Under the pieces are notes generated by a model. It worked only from the letters and a program-made list of their open reading frames with translations. It did no database searches and was not told where the DNA came from. Of a stretch of 8,935 nucleotides of DNA, positions 1-8,621 are shown piece after piece; positions within the stretch are counted from its first letter, which is position 1; every line of letters starts with the position of its first letter. A program made the position numbers and the translations under genes. This DNA comes from Octopus sinensis. Taxonomy: Eukaryota. The DNA lies in NCBI RefSeq assembly GCF_006345805.1, contig NW_021828234.1, positions 1 to 8,935 on the forward strand. The letters are read 5' to 3'.

Positions 1-6
1 TATAAA

Positions 7-104
7 TTTGCATTATGAATGGACAAGGCTATCGGATGATATGTATATATATATATATATATATATAACTTTGCATTATTGAATGGACAAGGCTATCGGA
101 TGAT
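7..104. repeat. Direct duplication of ~34 bp (7-40 and 70-104) separated by a (TA)n run
   Basis: tttgcatta-tgaatggacaaggctatcggatgat (7-40) vs tttgcattattgaatggacaaggctatcggatgat (70-104), identical apart from one indel; (TA)n at ~44-67. Confidence 0.95.
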
Positions 105-260
105 GTCAGACACCGCTGGTCACAATGCGTTCTTTCGCATTGTTGTAGCTTTCGAAAGATGCCAGCCCACAGTTTAGGCGGTCAAGCGAAGATTCCTTTT
201 GTGCTAGACCGTTGACGGGGGTGACCCATTTACAGCTTAATAGACTGAGGCAATGTGAAT
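70..260 (-). mobile_element. 5'-truncated SINE-like element (3' part)
   Basis: The minus strand reads ttcacattgcctcagtctattaagctgtaaa, matching the central domain of the adjacent + strand element at 23/31. It ends at a (TA)n tract and contains an 8-bp hairpin (122-143). Family assignment is from recall only. Confidence 0.55.
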
Positions 261-279
261 CGAATTGGTTTCGATTTGG

Positions 280-535
280 TTTCTTGAGCAAGACACTTTA
301 TTTGACATTGCTCCAGTTCACTCAGCTGTAGAAATAAGTTGCGACTTCACAGGTGCCAAGTTGTATCGGCCGCTTTACCTTTCCCTTAGATAACACTGGT
401 GGTGTAGAGAGGGGCGGCCCAGTATGCATGGGCAACTGTTGGTCTTCCATAAACAATCTTGACCGGACTTGTGCCTGGGAGGGTAACTTTCTAGGTGCAA
501 TCCCATGGTCAGTCGTGACTGCAGGGGGTCTCAGC
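280..535 (+). mobile_element. 5'-truncated SINE with a CORE-like central domain
   Basis: ttcttgagcaagacactttatttgacattgctccagttcactcagctg resembles the CORE-SINE motif ccttgggcaagtcacttaa. No tRNA head is visible, and a microsatellite follows. Confidence 0.6.
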
Positions 536-547
536 AGCAATATACCT

Positions 548-720
548 GTATGTATGTATGTATATGTGTGTATGTGTGCGCGTGTGAAACGTGTTCGTGT
601 GTTTGTATGTGTTTAACCCCACAATACTTGTCGACCATAAACACACACATGCACGTGCGCGTGCACACACACACACACATACACACGCACACACACACAC
701 ACACATGCGCACATACACAT
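548..720. repeat. Compound microsatellites: (TATG/TG)n 548-611 and (CA)n 641-720
   Basis: Directly visible; explains the VC/HT-rich ORFs. Confidence 0.95.
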
Positions 721-799
721 ATTCGCTCGAGAAATACGTAGAGGAATAAGAGAGTAAAACGCCTTAAAATTATTTCAAAATATAAGAATATCACTACAG

Positions 800-1562
800 A
801 GAGATGTGAAAGAGAGAAAGAGACAGAGAGACAGTGAGAGAGAAGGGTAAGAGGAAGGGAGAGAGGAGGAGAGAGAGAATGGGGAGAAGTGAAAGTGAGA
901 GAAATACAGTAATAGTTATTGATATGTGAGAGTGAGATATGTTAGAGAGAGAGAGAGAGAAAGGGGAAGTGAAAATAAAGGGGAAAAAAGAAAGAGAGGA
1001 GAGGGAGGGGGAGAGAAAGGGGAAGTGAGAATAAAGAGAATAAGAAAGAGAGGAGAGGGAGAGGGAGAGAAAGGGGAAGTGAGAATAAAGAGAAATAAGA
1101 AAGAGAGGAGAGGGAGGGGGAGAGAAAGGGGAAGTGAGAATAAAGGGAAAAAAAAGAAAGAGAGGAGGGGAGGGGGAGAGAAAGGGGAAGTGAGAATAAA
1201 GGGAAGAAATAAGAAAGAGAGGAGAGGGAGGGAGAGGGAGAAAGGGGAAGTGAGAATAAAGAGAAATAAGAAAGAGAGGAGAGGAAGGGGGAGAGAAAGG
1301 GGAAGTGAAAATAAAGGGAAAATAAGAAAGAGAGGAGAGGAAGGGGGAGAGAAAGGGGAAGTGAGAATAAAGAGAAATAAGAAAGAGAGGAGAGGGAGGG
1401 GGAGAGAAAGGGGAAGTGAGAATAAAGAGAAATAAGAAAGAGAGGGGAGGGAGAGAGAGAAATAGAAAGACATAGGAAGTGGAAGTGTTTATGAAAGAGT
1501 GAGAGGGAGAGAGAGAGAGAGTGAGAGAGAGTGAGAGAGAGAAATGAGGTGAAAGAGAGAGA
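800..1562. repeat. Purine-rich tract containing a ~56-bp minisatellite (9 copies, ~955-1460) with (GA)n flanks
   Basis: The anchor aaggggaagtga recurs at 961, 1017, 1071, 1126, 1182, 1242, 1297, 1353 and 1408. There is no C on the + strand from 908 to 1470. Confidence 0.95.
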
Positions 1563-1659
1563 AGAAAATTTGCGAGAGTAAAGTTCTAAATGGAGGCGAG
1601 TTAATGGGAAAGAAAGACATGGTAGATGTGAAGCAATATCGACGCCCAAGACCCAGTTT

Positions 1660-1980
1660 TCATTCACTGAAACAATTGATTTATTGATAAGCAACACAGG
1701 CTTTCCCTGAAAACTAAAATCTAAATCAATACACAAACACACAATGGTGCATTTGATATACGCAGCTCTTGTTATCGATGTGTGCTGATGTTCTCGATAT
1801 GCACGAATAATTTTTCCTGTCTTGTAACTCTCCAATCTCAGGAGGTAAGGATGTGAACATGATGGCCGCTTGCCTACGATAGTCACACTGCGTCACTGGA
1901 TTAATGCAACGCTGAATTTCGTATTATTCTGCAGTACTTGTCATATATTCAGGGATTCTTCATGATGTAGCAGGTTTTTA
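1660..1980 (-). mobile_element. Possible highly decayed LINE (L2/CR1-group-like) ORF2 C-terminus and 3' end
   Basis: One minus frame (~1885-1790) reads DYRRQAAIMFTSLPPEIGELQDRKNY, similar to the terminal 'F..Q.A.LFN.LP.EIR' motif of L2/CR1-group ORF2. Downstream lies aataaa...tgaatgaa. The similarity is short and weak. Confidence 0.3.
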
Positions 1981-2177
1981 GGGGTACCGTAAAGGGTATT
2001 TAAATGAAATCTTGATATTATTGCTGCTGTAAAAAGTCGTAGATGATGGTAACGTAGAACCGACGGCATCAAAGAATTCTGGCATTTTTTTCCATCGTCT
2101 TAAGTTTCAGTGGCGAGTCTGGCTTATTCGGTGAGCCTTGAACTGAAAGCAGTAAAAAATTCGAACCAGGAAACTCT

Positions 2178-2287
2178 ACGTACATCCATCCACACACACA
2201 CACACACGCTCACACGCACACACGCATACACACACATACACACATCACACACACACACACACAGAGTCTCTCTCTCTCTCTCTCTCA
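2178..2287. repeat. (CA)n followed by (TC)n microsatellite
   Basis: Directly visible. Confidence 0.95.
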
Positions 2288-2289
2288 GA

Positions 2290-3230
2290 TATACATACAT
2301 GCATGCATGCATGCATACATACATACATGCATACATACATACATACATACATACATACATACATACATACATACATGCATACATACATACATACATACAT
2401 ACATACATGCATACATACATACATACATACATACATACATACATACCCACATACATGCATACATACGTACATACATAAACATACATACATACATACATAC
2501 ATACATACATACATACATACATACATACACACATACATGCATACATACGTACATACATAATACATACATACATACATACATACATACATACATACACACA
2601 TACATGCATACATACGTACATACATAATACATACATACATACATACATACATACATACAAACATACATACACACATACATGCATACATACGTACATACAT
2701 AATACATACATACATACATACATACATACATACATACATAAATACATACATACATACATAAATACATACATACATAAATACATACATACATACATACATA
2801 CATACATACATACATACATACATACATACATAATACATACATACATACATACATAATACATACATACATACATAAATACATACATACATACATACATACA
2901 TACATAAATACATACATACATACATACATACATACATGCATACATACATAAAGACATACATACATACATACATACATATATACATACATACATGCATACA
3001 TACATACATACATACATACATACATACATACATAATACATACATACATACATGCATACATACATACATACATACATTACATACATACATACATACATTAC
3101 ATACATACATTACATACATACATACGTACATACATACATACATACATACATATATACATATATACATACATGCATACATACATACATACATACATACATA
3201 CATAATACATACATACATTACATACATACA

Positions 3231-3261
<31 letters not shown>

Positions 3262-3330
3262 CATTCATACATACATTACATACATACATACATTCATACA
3301 TACATACATATATACATAAAGACATACAGA
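2290..3330 (+). repeat. ~1 kb (CATA)n tetranucleotide array with interruptions
   Basis: Directly visible; source of the HTYI/MYVC pseudo-ORFs. Orientation switches to (TATG/TG)n at ~3331-3380. Confidence 0.98.
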
Positions 3331-3380
3331 TATGTATGTGTATGTGTGTGCGTGTCTGCGTATGTAAGTATCTATGTACG

Positions 3381-3624
3381 TTCTCTAATTTTCCGTATTT
3401 GGATTCTTACCTGAGGAAGGAGGTGCTTTCTAACAAAAACGGAAGCTCTGTCGTTGGAATGTTAATAAAAGAAACAAATTCACGTTTTAAACTTCAGAAA
3501 TGCCTTCTATATTTTTACTGCTCTGCTTACAAATTGCAAATTAGCAAATTAGCTTGTTGATTTCTTTTCCTGAAAACCCTAGCTTATCCAGATTGTGACT
3601 TAGGCTTTTACTCAAAAACCAATG
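3381..3624 (-). mobile_element. Short decayed 3' fragment of the R4/Dong-like non-LTR retrotransposon (second copy)
   Basis: Homologous to 5585-5835: FLSKSLSHNLDKLGFSGKEINKLI vs FVSKCLKQNLDKLGFSEREIDRLI, then LQFVSRAVKI*KAFLKFKT* vs LQVQSVSGTVKICKTFLKIQM*. The stop context acaaattcac and the UTR motif ctgaggaagg...ttt(c/t)..aacaaa are shared. Confidence 0.85.
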
Positions 3625-3639
3625 CATGTATATCTGTAG

Positions 3640-4188
3640 GAGAGCAGTGCATGCCATCAAAATGACACTAGGGTACAAATATACGAAGCCCAGTATACCC
3701 ATCATGACTACCCGTCTGATAAGGGTACACCAGTCACATGTATCACAACCATATGTGCGCAACATGGTGATCTTATATCAAGATAAGCAGCGCATGACCT
3801 TGCAGGTGGAGCCCAGTTAGAATGTTCTTCTGGTCGAGTAACCCATCCCACTCAAAAGGTCCCTGAATAAGGGTTGTTTAAGGATGTTGAATGAACCACC
3901 CATGTTTCCAGAGGGGAATTATTCAAACTCCAAAAAATCCCTCTCAGCACATGGCTATGTTGCTCCCCCACTATTTCTGCTCGTGATCAGAGATGCACAT
4001 ATCGTCAGCCACTAAAGGACATGCTCAACTGGTTAAGGTCAAACAACTGACAAGCAAATCTGTGGTAATGAGCAGAATATTTGCTGTAGCCCATCTTTTA
4101 TACCAAGACAAAACAATGTACATGATGACACTTCCAATCAGTTAAGATCAGAAGCCATGAGAGCCACTACCTGGTACTGCATCAGGGC
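3640..4188. mobile_element. Unclassified ~550-bp interspersed-repeat-like element, probably non-autonomous
   Basis: A complex, balanced-composition block with sharp boundaries against TATG-like flanks and no meaningful ORF. It resembles a high-copy octopus repeat as I recall it, which I cannot verify here. Confidence 0.55.
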
Positions 4189-4235
4189 TATGTATGTATG
4201 TGTGTATGTATGTGTGTATGTATGTCTGTATGTAT
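4189..4235. repeat. (TATG/TG)n microsatellite
   Basis: Directly visible. Confidence 0.9.
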
Positions 4236-4374
4236 TTCTATCAGAATTCTTAATGCTTCAAGCTTATTGTGATAATATTTATATTAATGTTAAGGTTGAT
4301 AATGTTGCTTACTTACTGGCGATTATCATAATGTTGCTTCTAATGGTGTTTTTTATAATAATGCTGATATCAGT

Positions 4375-4590
4375 ATTGGTTTCAAATATTTGCACAAGGC
4401 CAGCAATTTCAGGGAAGGGTGAAAGTCGATCACATCGACACCAATGTACAGCTGGTACTTATTTCATCGACTCCGAAAGGATGAAAGGACGATTCAACCT
4501 CGGCGGAATTTGAACTCAGAGCGTGAAACCGGACGAAATGCCGCAACGCATTTTGCTCGGCATGCTAACGACCCAGCCAGCTCGCTGCCT
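4375..4590 (-). mobile_element. Full-length tRNA-derived SINE with a Meta/MESC-like central domain
   Basis: Minus strand: ggcagcgagctggctgggtcgttagc (degenerate A box), gagttcaaattcc (B box), cctttcatcctttcggagtcgatgaaataagtaccag (Meta-like domain), ending tttgaaaccaat. Aligns end to end with 4621-4835. Confidence 0.9.
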
Positions 4591-4620
4591 TAAGCAGTAA
4601 TTATATTACAAATAATCGAC

Positions 4621-4835
4621 AGCGACGAGCTGGCAGAAACGTTAGCACGTCGGACAAAATGCTTAACGGCATTTCGTCCGGCTTCACGTTCTGAGTTCAA
4701 ATTCCGCCGAAGTTGTATCGTCCTTTCATCGTTTCGGGGTCGATAAAAGAAGTACCAGTTGAATACTGGGTCGATGTAATCGACTCAACCACTTCCTTGA
4801 ATTTGCTGGTCATGTGCCATAATTTGAAACCAATG
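4621..4835 (+). mobile_element. Full-length tRNA-derived SINE, same family as 4375-4590
   Basis: A box tggcagaaacgtt (4631-4643), B box gagttcaaattcc (4693-4705), cctttcatcgtttcggggtcgataaaagaagtaccag, ending tttgaaaccaat. Confidence 0.9.
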
Positions 4836-4990
4836 TCACTAATAATTCTAAGTGCAGGAGAAGATGTCACGGTTGGAGATGATGACAGCAGTGATTTCCA
4901 TTGTGCTGGTCTCAACGATGTCAGTTATGTTTCTATTTTGATCTTAGCCACGGTCGCTGTTTTAATGTCGATGGTAGTGGCCGTGGTGGT

Positions 4991-5209
4991 CGTGTTAGTA
5001 ATGGTGGTGGTGGTGGTGGTCATGTTAGTAATGGTGGTGGTGGTGGTGGTGGTCATGTTAGTAATGGTGGTGGTGGTCGTGGTCGTGTTAGTAATGGTGG
5101 TGGTGGTCGTGGTCGTGTTAGTAATGGTGGTGGTGGTTGTGGTCGTGTTAGTAATGGTGGTGGTGGTGGTCGTCGTGTTAGTAATGGTGGTGGTGGTGGT
5201 GGCGGTGGC
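4991..5209. repeat. 30-bp minisatellite c(g/a)tgttagtaat(ggt)n, 7 copies
   Basis: Units start at 4991, 5021, 5054, 5084, 5114, 5144 and 5174; one unit is 33 bp. Confidence 0.97.
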
Positions 5210-5304
5210 AACTGTCAGTGGTGCATAACGCTCTATATCATAAAATCCTGTGTAGGTCGACATGTTTTATTGCAGCAGCACCTCACCCCACACCCCAACA
5301 CCCC

Positions 5305-5501
5305 GAACATATGCACAGCCATATGTGTGCGTACATGTGTGTATGTACACACCCGCACACACACACACACATACGCATATATGTGGGTGGGTGTATGTGT
5401 ATACGCATATAAACACACACATATATATGTATGCGCATATATCTATATGCATGCATGAGTGTGTGTGTATGTATGTAGGTAATTAATAATATATATATAC
5501 A

Positions 5502-5536
<35 letters not shown>

Positions 5537-5582
5537 CGTGCGTGCGTGTGTGTGTGTGTGTGTGTATTTATGCATGTATGTA
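5305..5582. repeat. Mixed (TG)/(CA)/(TA)/(TATG) microsatellite region
   Basis: Directly visible. Confidence 0.9.
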
Positions 5583-6634
5583 GGTCTCTTCTATTTTTAA
5601 TTATATATTTTCCACTGAGGAAGGGAGCCGGTTTCCAACAAAGATGCAAGGCTCCCTCTTTGGGATGTAGCTAACACAGACAAATTCACATTTGGATTTT
5701 CAGAAAAGTCTTGCATATTTTTACTGTTCCACTCACAGATTGCACTTGTAATGTACGAATCAGCCGGTCAATTTCTCTTTCTGAAAATCCCAGTTTATCC
5801 AGATTCTGCTTTAAGCATTTACTAACAAAACCTTGTGCTCCAATTCTTATTGGTATGAATATGAATTCATAGTCTCGATAGAGAAGCTGGAGGTTTCGAA
5901 GCAGTTGTCCATCGATATCCTCTTTTTTTTCTTTGATTCTCATAGGGATATTTATATCTGCAAGACAGCTGACCTCTATGACCTTTACCCCTCCGTCCCG
6001 AACAACAATATCCGGTCTGTTATGTTTACATTTAGTGACGACATCGTGCCGCATAGGGAGGTAGTACCGTGACATTTCATGACAGCTACTAATCACATGC
6101 GTGATGTCTTCCACAGAAACATGACAGAGCCTACACTACACATGCGGTGGCACCTTGGAATTACAAGAGCGCCACTGTATCTCTTGTTCACCAGGTACAC
6201 CAGGTACTTTGTGGCAATCTCCTGTACCTGGATTGCAAACGCATAGCATTGAAAGTGTGATGTGAAAGTGTGATGTGAAGTAGAGACCTTGTGTCCAAGT
6301 GAGGCTGCGCTTCTTGTCAATTCTGTTGTTGACTTCAAGGTTCCGGGCAATATACCCATGCATAGTTTTTGGGGTTTTTTTGTATGCTGAGTGCTTCCCA
6401 TCCAGGTCTTCTCTGGGGTAAAAGAACCCAGTTGTTCTAGAGATCACCAGGAAGAGAATGCTTCTTGGGGAGCTCACTGCCAGCTTTTCAGCACTGTATT
6501 AATATATTAATGTTGCTCACTTCACTTTTCAGCACTGCATTAATATATTTATTTTTGCTGCTGTTGTGTAGCAGGTGCTGCCTGAATGATATCATACGGC
6601 ATTCAAAGGCCATCTGCACTAATATCAGTGCACG
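5583..6634 (-). mobile_element. 5'-truncated, decayed non-LTR retrotransposon with restriction-like endonuclease (R4/Dong clade-like); ORF C-terminus plus 3' UTR
   Basis: Joining minus frames gives RALILVQMAFECRMISFRQHLL (post-RT thumb), MHGYIARNLEVNNRIDKKRSLTW, FTSHFQCYAFAIQVQEIATKYL, the CCHC knuckle CRLCHVSVEDITHVISSC (starting at 6135), RHD, HNRPDIVV, IEVSC, KEK, IPIRIGAQG and a stop at 5686-5688. It is disrupted by a stop at 6136-6138, frameshifts and small duplications. Confidence 0.9.
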
Positions 6635-7840
6635 TATGCATGTATGTATGTACGTATGTATGTATGTATGTATATATGTATGTATGTAGTATGTAATGTA
6701 TGTATGTATGTATGTATGTACGTATGTAATGTAATGTATGTATTTATGTATGTATGCATGTATTATGTATGTTGTAATGCTGTGTATGTTATGTATGTAT
6801 GTATGTATGTATGTAAGTTGCATGGCATGTATGTATGTATGTATGCATGCCCTGCATATGTATGTATGTATGCTGTATGTATGAATGTATGTAGGTATGT
6901 ATGTATGTATGTATGTATTTATGATGTATGTATGTATGTATGTGTATGTATGTATGTTATGTATGTGTGTATGGTATGTATGTATTTATGTATGTATGTA
7001 TGTATGTATGCATGTATGCATGCATGCATGTATGTATGCATGTATGTACGTACGTATTATTATGTATGTATGTATGTATGTATGTATGTATGTATGTACG
7101 TATGTATGTATGTATGTATGTATTATGTATGTATGTATGTATGTATGTATGTATGTATGTATTTATGTATGCATGTATGTTGCATGTATTATGTATGTAT
7201 GTATGTATGTATGTATGTATGTATGTATGTATGTATGTATGAATGTATGTATGTGTGTATGTATGCATGTATGTATGCATGTATGTATGTATGTATGTAT
7301 GTATATATGTATGTATGTATTTATGTATGTATGTCTGCATGCATGCATATATGTACGTATGTATGTACGTATGTACGTATGTATGTATGTATGTATGTAT
7401 ACATGCATGTATGTATTTATGTATGTATGTATGTATGTATGTATGTATGTATGTATGTTTGTATGTGTATGTATGTATGTATGTATGTATGTATGTATGT
7501 ATGTATTTATGTATGTATGTCTGCATGCATGCATATATGTACGTATGTATGTACGTATGTACGTATGTATGTATGTATGTATGTATACATGCATGTATGT
7601 ATGTATGTATGTATGTATGTATGTATGTATGTATGTTTGTATGTATGTATGTATGTATGTATTTATGTATGTATGTCTGCATGCATGCATATATGTACGT
7701 ATGTATGTACGTATGTATGTATGTATGTATGTATGTATGTATGTATGTATGTATGTATGTATGTACGTATGTATGTATGTACGTATGTACGTATGTATGC
7801 ATGTATGTATGTACGTATGTATGTAGTATGTATGTATGCA
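6635..7840 (+). repeat. ~1.2 kb (TATG)n tetranucleotide array
   Basis: Directly visible; source of the 200-400 aa MYVC pseudo-ORFs. Confidence 0.98.
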
Positions 7841-8116
7841 TTTGAATTTAAATTGCTCGAGAAATAATTGGTATTTGGACCTCCCTGTGAATCCATGAAC
7901 ATTCAAAAAAACGAAAACTGCGCTGGGGACATATATCATTCTCTCACTTTCATTTGGCTGTATTCCACACTTGGATAGGTCACAGAGTACATGTCGAAAG
8001 TAAGCCAAAAACGGGAGATTTTGTTCATAAAATATTTAATGAAGAAACCTACAAGCATTTTTTTGTTTTCTGTACATATATATATATACATAGGTGCATA
8101 TACATACATGAAATAC

Positions 8117-8213
8117 TACACATACTCGTGTGTATGCATGCATATATGAATGTTTACGCAAATATATATACGTATGTATATGTATATAGCCATACATACA
8201 TATACACAAACAT

Positions 8214-8263
<50 letters not shown>

Positions 8264-8278
8264 TATGTAGGTATATTA

Positions 8279-8314
<36 letters not shown>

Positions 8315-8365
8315 GTATGTATATGTATATAACCATACATACATATACACAAACATACACACAAC

Positions 8366-8396
<31 letters not shown>

Positions 8397-8621
8397 CAAC
8401 ACATTATGTATGTATATGTATATATTATATAGATATATATATATATATAATATATATATATATACTATACATACATATATGTATATATATATATATATAT
8501 TTGTGTGGTGTGTTGTGTGTGTGTGGGTATTTGTGTATATTGTATGTTGGCTATACATATACATACGTATATATATTTGCGTAAACATTCATATATGCAT
8601 GCATACACACGAGTATGTGTA
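8117..8621. repeat. Large inverted repeat with 70-bp perfect outer arms and an internal direct repeat
   Basis: 8117-8186 is the exact reverse complement of 8552-8621, and imperfect pairing continues inward. Internal direct copies are anchored by cgtatgtatatgtata at 8171 and 8314. Confidence 0.95.

Noticed and set aside
1815-1860. FTSLPPEIGELQ as a leucine-rich-repeat exon
   Set aside because: A single partial motif with no preceding LxxLxLxxN and no convincing splice sites; a LINE remnant or chance is as likely.
916-1886. R/K/E/G-rich and L/S/F/P-rich ORFs
   Set aside because: Products of the purine-rich minisatellite.
2035-2175. Very decayed SINE head
   Set aside because: Only faint similarity to 4621-4700; not enough to call.
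2110-3560. Long ORFs (up to 367 aa) of MYVC/HTYI repeats
   Set aside because: Translations of (CATA)n, which lacks stop codons; no coding signal.
3950-4015. Minus-strand CTGACGA...GAAA resembling a second hammerhead
   Set aside because: No G-C closing pair for stem II, no stem III, and the stem I register does not fit an NUH site.
4621-4710. tRNA gene
   Set aside because: A and B boxes are present, but there is no cloverleaf and the sequence continues into a SINE body with a second copy nearby.
955-5209. CRISPR-like arrays in the minisatellites
   Set aside because: No unique spacers, no cas genes, and a eukaryotic context.
5615-5665. CTGAGGA followed by a stem (also at 3411) as a hammerhead
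   Set aside because: No GAAA after the stem and no stem III or NUH; better explained as the antisense of the retroelement 3' UTR hairpin.
725-7866. 12-bp match gctcgagaaata at 725-736 and 7855-7866 as a TSD
   Set aside because: A match of this length is plausible by chance, and no element boundaries correspond.
6644-8008. Long ORFs (up to 407 aa) of MYVC/HTYI repeats
   Set aside because: Translations of (TATG)n.
7841-8080. Possible exon or microexon (ag|gtcacagagtacatgtcgaaa|gtaagc) in a unique block
   Set aside because: Weak acceptor and no recognisable protein similarity; cannot be supported without transcript data.
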